Assembly (NCBI GenBank): GCA_903854535.1
Contig: CAINWR010000071.1
Coordinates: 1-43,477, forward strand
Reading direction: 5' to 3'
Origin: Candidatus Staskawiczbacteria bacterium
GTDB lineage: Bacteria > Patescibacteriota > Minisyncoccia > Minisyncoccales > Staskawiczbacteraceae
DNA length: 43,477 bases
Position numbers and translations under genes: made by a program. Shown here piece after piece: positions 6,801 to 15,600 of this stretch (position 1 is the stretch's first letter; each line of letters begins with the position of its first letter). Under the pieces are notes generated by a model that saw only the letters and a list, made by a program, of their open reading frames with translations, was not told the origin of the DNA and did not search any database.

Positions 6801-8093
6801 ATGAATAAAATATTAATTGCAAATATTGCAAAATATGTGGGTGAGGAAGTGGAGCTTTCGGGTTGGGTGGCGAATTTTAGGTCTTCTGGAAAGATTGCTT
6901 TTTGGCAAATAAGAGATGGCTCGGGATTTTGCCAAGCAGTATTAGATACAAAAATTTTGTCGGAAGTTTTGTGGAAAGAGTCAGAAAAAGTCACACTTGA
7001 AACTTCTGTTAAAATTTCGGGAGTAGTTTCAAGACATCCTAAAAAAGAAGAATATGAATTGCAAGTAAAAGATTTTTCTTTTTATCAAATTGCACAGGAT
7101 TATCCAATTTCCAAAAAAGAGCATGGCCCAGATTTTTTGTTAGATAATAGGCATTTATGGCTAAGGTCAAGTCACCAGTGGGCAATTCAGAGAATTAGAA
7201 ATACTTTGATTTTAGCAACTTATGAATTTTTCAATCAAAATAATTTTATAAAAATAGATTCACCAATTTTAACTCCATCAGCTTGTGAAGGCACAACTGA
7301 ACTTTTTGAGATAGATTATTTTGGTGAACAAAAAGCTTATTTGAGCCAGTCGGGCCAGCTTTATTTGGAAGCTGCAATTATGGCTCATGGAAAAGTTTTT
7401 GATTTTGGGCCAGTCTTTAGAGCGGAAAAATCTAAAACTCGCAGGCACTTAACTGAATTTTGGATGATGGATGCAGAAATGGCTTTTGCAGATTTAGAAG
7501 AAAATATGCGAGTACAAGAAGAGCTTATAAGATACATGGTAAAATCTGTGTTAGAAAAAAATCAACAAGAATTGGCAATTTTGGAACGAGATATTAAGCC
7601 TTTAGAAAATATTTTAAAACCATTTTATAAAATTACACATGCAGAAGCTGTAAAGAGATTGCATGAGTTGGGGAGTGATATTAAAGAAGATGATGATATG
7701 GGAGCTGATGATGAAACAATTTTGACTAAACAATATGATAACCCTATTTTTGTAACTCATTATCCTAAAGATGTAAAAGCATTTTATATGAAAAGAGACC
7801 CCGTAGATAATTCTCGTGTTTTGTGTGCAGATTTGTTGGCTCCTGAAGGCTATGGCGAAATTATTGGGGGAAGCCAAAGAGAAGATAATTATGACGCTCT
7901 TTTAGAAAGAATCAAAGCACATAATTTACCAGAGGAAGCTTTTACTTGGTATTTGGATTTGCGAAAATATGGATCTGTGCCACATAGTGGATTTGGCTTT
8001 GGGCTGGAAAGAATTACAGCCTGGGTGTGTGGAATTGCGCACATTCGCGAAACAATCCCATTTCCAAGAACAATAAATAGATTAAATCCTTAA
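6801..8093 (+). CDS. asnS: Asparagine--tRNA ligase
   Basis: 430-aa class IIb synthetase. FRAEKSKTRRHLTEFWMMDAEMAF and GFGFGLERI motifs are typical of AsnRS rather than AspRS. Confidence 0.9.
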   Translation: MNKILIANIAKYVGEEVELSGWVANFRSSGKIAFWQIRDGSGFCQAVLDTKILSEVLWKESEKVTLETSVKISGVVSRHPKKEEYELQVKDFSFYQIAQDYPISKKEHGPDFLLDNRHLWLRSSHQWAIQRIRNTLILATYEFFNQNNFIKIDSPILTPSACEGTTELFEIDYFGEQKAYLSQSGQLYLEAAIMAHGKVFDFGPVFRAEKSKTRRHLTEFWMMDAEMAFADLEENMRVQEELIRYMVKSVLEKNQQELAILERDIKPLENILKPFYKITHAEAVKRLHELGSDIKEDDDMGADDETILTKQYDNPIFVTHYPKDVKAFYMKRDPVDNSRVLCADLLAPEGYGEIIGGSQREDNYDALLERIKAHNLPEEAFTWYLDLRKYGSVPHSGFGFGLERITAWVCGIAHIRETIPFPRTINRLNP

Positions 8094-8095
8094 AA

Positions 8096-8188
8096 CTCGG
8101 CAACAAACTTTTTTCGGCTGTTGGTAGCCCTCTTTGTCTCCCTTCGGGAGACAAGTAGACCAAGGCCTTCAAAAAGTTCATTGCCTCG
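8096..8188. repeat. Family-C-like nested palindrome with a C(UUCG)G hairpin, in the leader of the HxGH nucleotidyltransferase gene
   Basis: Outer arms ctcggcaacaaacttttt / aaaaagttcattgcctcg. The inner perfect hairpin ttgtctccc-ttcg-gggagacaa lies at 8134-8154. Confidence 0.75.
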
Positions 8189-8202
8189 TTCCCTTATTTC
8201 CT

Positions 8203-8619
8203 ATGAAAAGAAAAAAAGTTTTAGTTTTTGGGACATTTGATGGATTGCATAAAGGACATTTGTATCTTTTTAAACAGGCAAAAAAGCATGGTGATTATTT
8301 AGTGGTTGTGGTAGCAAGAGATTTGACTGTCAAAAAAGTTAAGGGGCATTTACCAAAATTTGAAGAGCAAGAAAGAGTAAAGACGGTTTATAAATGTAAA
8401 TTGGTAGATGATGCTCAGTTGGGTAATTTAAAAAATTATTATAAAAAAATAAAAGAAATAAAACCTCAAGTAATTTGTTTAGGTTATGATCAAGTTGCTT
8501 TTGTAGAAAATTTGGAAAAAGAGATAGAAAAGTATAAGATGAAAATAGAAATCATTCGGCTAAAGTCATATTTACCAAAAAAATATAAATCATCATTATT
8601 AAACGAAAAATCAGCCTAG
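8203..8619 (+). CDS. HxGH nucleotidyltransferase (cytidylyltransferase / FAD-synthetase-like family)
   Basis: VLVFGTFDGLHKGHLYL signature. Start moved to ATG 8203 because the upstream part of the ORF-track call translates a palindromic element. Confidence 0.75.
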   Translation: MKRKKVLVFGTFDGLHKGHLYLFKQAKKHGDYLVVVVARDLTVKKVKGHLPKFEEQERVKTVYKCKLVDDAQLGNLKNYYKKIKEIKPQVICLGYDQVAFVENLEKEIEKYKMKIEIIRLKSYLPKKYKSSLLNEKSA

Positions 8620-8842
8620 GCCGTTTTTGTTTGTATGAAAAAAGGAGAAAGCGTCCTTTACAAATGGACATTCTTTCTCCCTGACTAGAAGCGAGATCGC
8701 TGTCGGTGAAGTGGCCCTATGCCACCTCGTTTTTTTCTGCGATCGCACAGCGCTAAGCTCTCTAGTCCTAATAATATATTTGCATATTTTAGTAAAAAAG
8801 TCAACAGTTTACGATATTTGCAAAGTTTGGTATTATAAAATA

Positions 8843-8905
8843 AGCGTTTAGCGTTTAGCGTTTAGCGTTTAGTTACTAAACCCTAGAACCTATACCCTAG
8901 ACCCT
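8843..8905. repeat. Heptad-repeat hairpin (family A): (gcgttta)x4, loop, then (ctaNacc)x4
   Basis: Read directly. The arms pair over ~29 positions with a C-C mismatch every 7 nt. On the sense strand 7 of 8 heptads begin with TAG or TAA. It ends 7 nt before the serS ATG. Confidence 0.85.
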
Positions 8906-8911
8906 CAAGAA

Positions 8912-10216
8912 ATGTTAGATTTAAATTTTATTAGAGAAAACCCTGATGTTGTGAAAAAAGCTTGCGAAAATAAAAGCATCAAAGTAGATGTAGATGCTGT
9001 TTTATTTTTAGACAAACAAAAACGAGCTTTAATGGTTGAAGTTGAAAATTTAAAAGCCGAGCAAAACAAACTTACAAAAGCTGGCAAGGGTGATGTAGAT
9101 AGAGAACAGCTTATTTTGCAAGCCAAAGAACTCAAAGAAAGAATAAAAGCAAAAGAGCCAGAACTTGAAAAAATAGATGAAGATTTGAAAACTTTACTTT
9201 TGAAATTACCAAATATTCCTACAGATGATGTGCCAGTAGGGCATAGCGAAGAGGAAAATGTGATAATTAAAACTGTAGGTAAAAAGCCAGTTTTTGATTT
9301 TGAACCTAAGAGCCATTGGCAATTAGCTGAGTCTTTGGATTTGATAGATAAAGAAAGAGCATCAAAAGTTGCAGGTTCAAGGTTTGCATATTTAAAAGGG
9401 GATTTGGTTATTTTGCAATTAGCAATGTTTAGATTTGCTTTAGATGTTTTATGTAGTGAAAAAACTTTGGCTCAAATTGCTAAAAAGGCAGGACTTAAAG
9501 TAAGTACCAAAGCTTTTGTGCCAGTACTTCCACCATTTATGATAAAAACAGAACCTTATTCTGCAATGGATAGACTAGAACCCAAAGAAGAAAGATATAA
9601 AATAGAAGGTGAAGATTTGTGGCTTCAGGGATCAGCAGAACATGTTTTGGGAACTATGCATATGAATGAAATATTATCAGAAGATGTTTTTCCAATTCGT
9701 TATGCAGGTTATGCTACAAGTTTTAGAAAAGAAGCTGGTACTTATGGTAAGGATATGGAAGGAATTATTAGAATGCATCAGTTTGATAAACTTGAAATGG
9801 AAAGTTTGACTACTGCTGAGAATTCTTTGCAAGAACACTTTTTTATGGTGGCTATTCAAGAATATTTAATGGGTCAATTGGGATTACCTTATGAAGTAAT
9901 GTTAAAATGTACTTTTGATATTGGTAAACCGAATGCAAGAGGTGTGGATATAAATGTATGGCTTCCAGGTCAAAATAAATATAGGGAAACTCACACAGCA
10001 GATTATATGACAGATTATCAGGCCCGTAGATTGCAAACAAAAGTTCGTAGAAAAAATGGTAAAGTGGAATTGGTGCACACTAATGATGCTACTGCTTTAT
10101 CGCAACGTCCATTGATTGCAATTTTGGAAAATTATCAACAAAAAGACGGAAGTATATTGGTGCCAAAAGTTTTGCAAAAATACACAGGATTTAAAATAAT
10201 AAAAGCAAAGAAATAA
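8912..10216 (+). CDS. serS: Serine--tRNA ligase
   Basis: N-terminal coiled-coil arm and class II core with FRKEAGTYGKDMEGIIRMHQFDKLE. Confidence 0.95.
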   Translation: MLDLNFIRENPDVVKKACENKSIKVDVDAVLFLDKQKRALMVEVENLKAEQNKLTKAGKGDVDREQLILQAKELKERIKAKEPELEKIDEDLKTLLLKLPNIPTDDVPVGHSEEENVIIKTVGKKPVFDFEPKSHWQLAESLDLIDKERASKVAGSRFAYLKGDLVILQLAMFRFALDVLCSEKTLAQIAKKAGLKVSTKAFVPVLPPFMIKTEPYSAMDRLEPKEERYKIEGEDLWLQGSAEHVLGTMHMNEILSEDVFPIRYAGYATSFRKEAGTYGKDMEGIIRMHQFDKLEMESLTTAENSLQEHFFMVAIQEYLMGQLGLPYEVMLKCTFDIGKPNARGVDINVWLPGQNKYRETHTADYMTDYQARRLQTKVRRKNGKVELVHTNDATALSQRPLIAILENYQQKDGSILVPKVLQKYTGFKIIKAKK

Positions 10217-10663
10217 ATGAAATTATATCACGGTACATCAAAAAAATTAGAAACTCTAAAAAGACAACAAACGCAAACTATGAAACGTTTAAATTCAGAA
10301 GGCAAAATTATTAACGAAGGAGATTTGCTTAATGCAATTTATTTTACGCCCAAGTTTGGTTTTGCTTTAGCAATGGGTGCGAGACCAGAGGGGCATACTA
10401 AAATAGATAATAGTGAAGACAAAATAACTTTTGAAAAACTAGAGTTTTTTGATCCAGAAAAAGATGTTTATATTTATGAAATTGATTCTGAAGATATTCC
10501 CGAAAGCAAGTTAAGAAAAGTTGACGAAACACAATATGTAGTTGATATGGATGAAGTTGTTCCGACGGGAGAACAAAAGCTAAAAGCCGAAGAAGTTTTA
10601 AAATATTACGAACTCGTAAATTGGAAAGGAAAAGAACTACATAGAGAAATTAGATTGAAATAA
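10217..10663 (+). CDS. Hypothetical protein (148 aa), possible H-Y-E ADP-ribosyltransferase-like fold
   Basis: ORF starts immediately after the serS stop. MKLYHGTS at the N-terminus, then AIYFTPKFGFALAMG and VYIYEID. The fold assignment is speculative. Confidence 0.55.
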   Translation: MKLYHGTSKKLETLKRQQTQTMKRLNSEGKIINEGDLLNAIYFTPKFGFALAMGARPEGHTKIDNSEDKITFEKLEFFDPEKDVYIYEIDSEDIPESKLRKVDETQYVVDMDEVVPTGEQKLKAEEVLKYYELVNWKGKELHREIRLK

Positions 10664-10807
10664 AAACCGCCAAGGGTTAAATCGACCGAAATGACTATCT
10701 CTAATTCGTGCGAATACAGGATATACGGAATTTTAAAAATGTTTTACAATCAATCATCTTACTAACATCTGTAAAATGATTAGCGAAACAAAATTATTAA
10801 GAAATAA

Positions 10808-11569
10808 ATGAAAACACTTATTATTTTACATGGTTGGCAGAGTTCGGGATCTAAATGGCAAAAAGTAAAAGAAAAAATCGAAAACTCTTCGGCTAGTTTA
10901 GGGCGGGGCGGAATTAGAGTTTTGGCTCCAGATATTCCCGGATTCAAATCTGAATCTGAGCTTAATAGGCCATGGGTTTTAGATGATTATATAAATTGGT
11001 TTGAAGATTTTGTAATGCAATCAAAATTGGAATATCCTGATATTGCAAATGGTTTTTATTTGCTAGGTCACAGCTTTGGCGGAAGAATGACAATTAAAAT
11101 TGCAGCTAAAAAGATTTTTAAATTAAATGGAGTTATTTTAGTATCAGCTGCTGGCATAAAAAGAAATCAAGCATTTTATGCACCTGCTATTGGATTTGCT
11201 GCTAAAATTGTAAAAGCTTTTAAGTTGGGAGATAAGCCAACTGGGAAAAATTTATATAATTTTCTAAGAATATTTTTTTACAGATATGTTATACAGAAAA
11301 CAGATTATTTAAATGCCAAAGGGAACTTAAATGAAACAATCAAAAATATTTTAGCTGAAGATCTTAAAGAAATTTTGCCATTTATTGATGAACGAGTAAA
11401 AATAATTTGGGGTAGAAAAGATAAAATTACACCACTGAGCGATGCTTATTTAATGCAGGAAAAAATTCCAAATTCAGAATTGCATATTTTAGAGCAAACA
11501 GGGCACATGCCATACCTTGATTGCCCAAATGAACTAGCAGAATCAATTTTAGAATTTATTAAATATTAA
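10808..11569 (+). CDS. Alpha/beta-fold hydrolase
   Basis: ILHGW start, GHSFGG nucleophile elbow and a C-terminal GH motif (TGHMPYLD). Confidence 0.8.
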   Translation: MKTLIILHGWQSSGSKWQKVKEKIENSSASLGRGGIRVLAPDIPGFKSESELNRPWVLDDYINWFEDFVMQSKLEYPDIANGFYLLGHSFGGRMTIKIAAKKIFKLNGVILVSAAGIKRNQAFYAPAIGFAAKIVKAFKLGDKPTGKNLYNFLRIFFYRYVIQKTDYLNAKGNLNETIKNILAEDLKEILPFIDERVKIIWGRKDKITPLSDAYLMQEKIPNSELHILEQTGHMPYLDCPNELAESILEFIKY

Positions 11570-11570
11570 T

Positions 11571-13187
11571 ATGTCAATTTATAAATTTTTAATTTTTTTG
11601 TGGATAGTAGTTTCTGTAAAACAGATTTTGTTTTGGGTTTATTTGTGGCAATTAAAAGAATATCATATTCCAAGATTTATTGATCATTTCCGAACAGCCA
11701 AAGGAAAAGAATTGCTTTTTAACAAGTTGCGCATTGCAAAAATAATTTTATTATTTAGTCCAGGTTTTGTATATTATTATTTTACAGAATATATGGATTA
11801 TTTTGCTGTTTTATTTTTATATTTATTATTTTCAATTTATTTAGTAGAAGATATCTTATTTACCAAACAAATTTTAAGAAAATCTGCCAAGAAGCCAAAA
11901 TTTACTAAGAAATCAGCATTTTTAGTTTTGGTTTGCTTGATATTTATAGCCCTGTTCTTGGTTGTAGTTGAAAGTATGGTAGATTTATTAATTTTAGATA
12001 TTATTTTACCAATTATAATTTCAGGAATTGTTTTGTGTTTTCAACCATTTGTAGTTTGGGTCAGAAAGGGGATTTTGACAAAAGCCGGGAAAATTATTTT
12101 GCAAAATTCAAATCTCAAAGTGATTGGAATTACGGGTAGCTATGGCAAAACCACCACTAAAGAATTTTTGGCAACAATTTTGGCTAGCAAATTTAAAGTG
12201 CTGGCAACTCAAGAACATAAAAATTCAGAAATGGGGATTGCTCAGACTATTTTAAATGATTTAAAACTTGAACATGAATTTTTTATTGTAGAAATGGGAG
12301 CTTATAAAAAGGGAGGAATAAAATTATTGTGTGATATGGTGCATCCTGAAATTGGAATTGTAACAGGTGTAACTGTGCAACATTTGAGCTTATTTGGTAA
12401 TTTAGATAATTTACTTTCAGCAGAAGGTGGTAGGGAATTAAAAAGTGCATTACCTTTGCATGGATTTATGGTGGTAAATGGTGAAAATAAATATTGCATT
12501 GATTTGTATAAAAAGATAAATATCAAAAAGCTAATTTACACAGAAGAGGGTAATAAAATTGATTCAGATATTTTTGCTAAAGAAATAGAAGTTACTAAAG
12601 ATAAACTTTCTTTTGTAGCTATAACTAGAGATAAGCAAATGGCTCATTTTGAAGTAAATATTTTAGGTAAGCATAATTTACAAAATTTATTAGGTGCTAT
12701 TTTGACAGCTAAAAAACTTGGAATGAGTTTGGAAGATATTTCACAAGCTTGTAGAGATATAAAACCAGAACAAGCTGGGGTTACAGCAAAAATTGGAATA
12801 AATAATATAAATATTATTGATTCATCTTATTCATCTAATCCTGATGGGGCTTTGGCAGATTTAGAGACTTTAAAATTATTTTCTGGTAAAAAAATTGTGG
12901 TAATGTCTTGTTTAATAGAATTGGGTAAACAATCAGCGCAAGAACATTATAAAATTGGAAGGAGAATTGGGGAAGTTTGTAATTTAGCAATAATTACAAC
13001 TAAAGATAAATTTGAAGAAATAAAAAAAGGAGCTGTTGATGGTGGAATGGAAGCAAGAAATATTTTATTTATAGAAAATCCCCAAGAAATTTTTCACAAA
13101 ATCACAACATTTTGCATAGATGGTGACACAGTTTTGCTCGAAGGTCGGGTTCCAGATAAATTAATAAAATTATTAAATGAAAAATAA
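11571..13187 (+). CDS. murF: MurF-type UDP-MurNAc-peptide ligase fused to an N-terminal multi-TM domain
   Basis: GITGSYGKTTTKE P-loop and Mur ligase middle and C domains. The first ~170 aa are five or six hydrophobic helices instead of the usual cytosolic domain 1. Confidence 0.8.
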   Translation: MSIYKFLIFLWIVVSVKQILFWVYLWQLKEYHIPRFIDHFRTAKGKELLFNKLRIAKIILLFSPGFVYYYFTEYMDYFAVLFLYLLFSIYLVEDILFTKQILRKSAKKPKFTKKSAFLVLVCLIFIALFLVVVESMVDLLILDIILPIIISGIVLCFQPFVVWVRKGILTKAGKIILQNSNLKVIGITGSYGKTTTKEFLATILASKFKVLATQEHKNSEMGIAQTILNDLKLEHEFFIVEMGAYKKGGIKLLCDMVHPEIGIVTGVTVQHLSLFGNLDNLLSAEGGRELKSALPLHGFMVVNGENKYCIDLYKKINIKKLIYTEEGNKIDSDIFAKEIEVTKDKLSFVAITRDKQMAHFEVNILGKHNLQNLLGAILTAKKLGMSLEDISQACRDIKPEQAGVTAKIGINNINIIDSSYSSNPDGALADLETLKLFSGKKIVVMSCLIELGKQSAQEHYKIGRRIGEVCNLAIITTKDKFEEIKKGAVDGGMEARNILFIENPQEIFHKITTFCIDGDTVLLEGRVPDKLIKLLNEK

Positions 13188-14460
13188 GTTTAAGCTCGCC
13201 TTGCAGCGAAGCAGGCCAATTTCAATATCACTAAGCCCGAATGTAGAAAAGGATGATGTTTTACTTGCTTTGAATTTGCTTATAAGGCCTTGGAAATGGA
13301 AGAAGGGAAAAGAAATTAAAATATTAGAAAATGAATTTGCTAATTATCTTGGAGTAAAATATGCAGTTTCTTTTAATTCAGGAAGATCTGCTTTGTTTGC
13401 AATTCTGAAAGCCTTAGAATTACCAGAAAAAAGTAATATTTTTTTCCAAGCTTTTACATGCAATGCTTCAATAAATCCAGCTTTGTGGCTTAAGTTAAAT
13501 CCTATTTATGTTGATTGTAATCAAGAAAATTTTAACATAGATATTGATGATTTGAAAAAGAATATTCAAAATAATCCTGAAGCTAAAATATTAATTATTC
13601 AACATACTTTTGGAACTCCTGCAAACATGAAAGAAATTTTGAAAGTTGCAGAAGAAAATAATTTGATTTTAATAGAAGATTGCGCACATGCTTTAGGTGC
13701 GCAGTATTATGGGAAAATGCTTGGAACTTTTGGTAAAGCTGGGTTTTTTAGTTTCTCTAGAGATAAAGTTATTTCCTGTGTTTATGGTGGTATGGCAGTG
13801 ACAAATGACCCTTCACTTGCAAAAAAACTTTTACAACTTCAGGGTAAATTCAGACAGCCTGGTACATTTTGGATTTTGCAACAATTATTACATCCAATTT
13901 TATTGTATTTTATAATTTTGCCTATTTATATTTTTTTTAATTTAGGAAAATTATTTTTGATTTTTACTCAAATATTACATATTTTATCAAAAGCTGTAAG
14001 TTATGAAGAAAAGCAAGGTAAAATGCCAAATTATTTTCCAAAAGCTTTGCCAAATGCTTTGGCAATTTCAGCCTTAAATCAATTTTCAAAGTTAGACAAA
14101 TTTTATATTCACAGGAAAAAATTATTTGATTATTATTTAGAAAATTTAAAAAACACAGATTTTGTTTTACCAGAAGTTTCGCGGGAATACAAACCAAGTT
14201 ATTTAAGATTTACCATAAGACACCCAGATGCTCACAAGATAATTTATAATGCCTGGCACGGAGAAAATATTTTGCTTGGGGATTGGTATACAACTGTAAT
14301 TGCTCCATTTGATACAAACTTAGATAAGATGCATTATAAAGAAGGGAGTTGTTTAAATGCTGAGATTTTGGCAGAAACAACATTAAATTTACCTACACAT
14401 ATAAATATTAAAATTGAAGATGCTGAACGTATAGTAAATTTTTTAAAACAATGGAAATAA
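13177..14460 (+). CDS. DegT/DnrJ/EryC1/StrS-family PLP aminotransferase
   Basis: NSGRSAL, EDCAHALGA and FSFSRDK (PLP-lysine) motifs. Overlaps murF by 11 nt and the next gene by 10 nt. Confidence 0.8.
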   Translation: MKNKFKLALQRSRPISISLSPNVEKDDVLLALNLLIRPWKWKKGKEIKILENEFANYLGVKYAVSFNSGRSALFAILKALELPEKSNIFFQAFTCNASINPALWLKLNPIYVDCNQENFNIDIDDLKKNIQNNPEAKILIIQHTFGTPANMKEILKVAEENNLILIEDCAHALGAQYYGKMLGTFGKAGFFSFSRDKVISCVYGGMAVTNDPSLAKKLLQLQGKFRQPGTFWILQQLLHPILLYFIILPIYIFFNLGKLFLIFTQILHILSKAVSYEEKQGKMPNYFPKALPNALAISALNQFSKLDKFYIHRKKLFDYYLENLKNTDFVLPEVSREYKPSYLRFTIRHPDAHKIIYNAWHGENILLGDWYTTVIAPFDTNLDKMHYKEGSCLNAEILAETTLNLPTHINIKIEDAERIVNFLKQWK

Positions 14461-15509
14461 AAGAAATAATACAAAAAAATATTTGGGAGGATTTTCTTTC
14501 GCAATGCCAAGAAAAAACTTTTTTGGATTCTTGGGATTGGATAGAATTTAATGAGAAAATGGGTAGAAAAAGTTGGAGGTTTGGAATTTTTGAACAAGAC
14601 AAATTAATTGCAGTGTTTTTAGTTTCAAAGATTGGCGCTAAAAGAAGTACGTTTTTGTTTGTACCTCATGGGCCAGTGGTTTTAGATGATAAATCACAAA
14701 TTATAAATTATAAATCACAAATTATTGAATTATTAGTTAATAAACTTAAAGAAATCGCTAGCCAAGAGAGTGCGAGCTTTATTAGAATTTCTCCAATTTG
14801 GGAGAGAACAAAAGAAAACTCAGATATTTTTAAGAAATTAGGCTTTAGATTATCTCCAATCCATATGCACCCAGAAGTAACTTGGGAGTTAGATATTAGT
14901 AAATCAGAAGAAGAAATTTTGAAAAATATGCGCAAAACTACTAGATATCTAATTCGACAAGCAGAGAAAAACAAAGATATAGAAATTATAAAATCAGAGA
15001 ATCTTGATGATTTAAAATATTTTGATTATGTGTATAAAGAAACAGGTAAAAGACAAAAGTTTGTTGTTTACAAGGAAGAATATATTAGAAATGAATTCTT
15101 GACTTTTGTAAAAGATAAAGAGATTTGTTTATTTTTGGGTAAATATAAAGGCAGAGTTGCTGTTGCTGCATTGTTTGTTTTTTGGCAAAATGGTTGCTTC
15201 TATCATCATTCGGGATCTCTGCCAGAATATAATAAATTCCCCGTATCTTATTTGCTTCAATGGGAGGCAATTAAAGAAGCAAAAAAAAGGGGGTGTAATA
15301 TTTATAATTTTTGGGGAATTGCTACAGATATTAAAGATTATGATGATGTAAAAAAGTCAAAACATCCTTGGGCGGGACTTTCTCTTTTTAAGATGGGTTT
15401 TGGGGGGGAGAAGAAGGAATATGTAAAAACTCAAGATTATGTTATTTCTTGGAAATATTGGATAAATTATTTAATTGAAGTTGCTCGTAAATTTAAAAGA
15501 GGTTTATAA
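14451..15509 (+). CDS. FemAB-family peptidoglycan branch-peptide aminoacyltransferase (FemX-like)
   Basis: Size and layout fit the FemAB family, with an RKTTRYLIRQAEKN segment. Placed in a murF-ftsQ context. Assignment is motif-level only. Confidence 0.65.
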   Translation: MEIKEIIQKNIWEDFLSQCQEKTFLDSWDWIEFNEKMGRKSWRFGIFEQDKLIAVFLVSKIGAKRSTFLFVPHGPVVLDDKSQIINYKSQIIELLVNKLKEIASQESASFIRISPIWERTKENSDIFKKLGFRLSPIHMHPEVTWELDISKSEEEILKNMRKTTRYLIRQAEKNKDIEIIKSENLDDLKYFDYVYKETGKRQKFVVYKEEYIRNEFLTFVKDKEICLFLGKYKGRVAVAALFVFWQNGCFYHHSGSLPEYNKFPVSYLLQWEAIKEAKKRGCNIYNFWGIATDIKDYDDVKKSKHPWAGLSLFKMGFGGEKKEYVKTQDYVISWKYWINYLIEVARKFKRGL

Positions 15510-15510
15510 A

Positions 15511-15589
15511 GCTTGCCAAATCAAATTTTTCTGCGCGCCACGGCCTCTCTACGGGGCACCCGCGTGCTCGAAAAATTTATTTGGCTCGC
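15511..15589. repeat. Palindromic element (family C) in the ftsQ leader
   Basis: Outer arms gccaaatcaaattttt / aaaaatttatttggc. Same ttttctgcgc...gcctctctacggggcaccc...cgtgctcgaaaaa core as the SOD gene copy. Confidence 0.8.
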
Positions 15590-15600
15590 TTTCTTGATAA

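Noticed and set aside
6298-6808. Plus-strand ORFs of 69 aa and 129 aa between lysS and asnS
   Set aside because: They are antisense to the 96-aa minus-strand gene, which has the matching terminator. They have no start context and run through hairpin elements.
8844-8872. The tandem repeat gcgttta x4 (and its relatives at 19437-19504, 16417-16447 and 36361-36391) considered as a CRISPR array
   Set aside because: The units are 7 nt with no spacers, the arrays are only ~30 nt long, and no cas genes are nearby.
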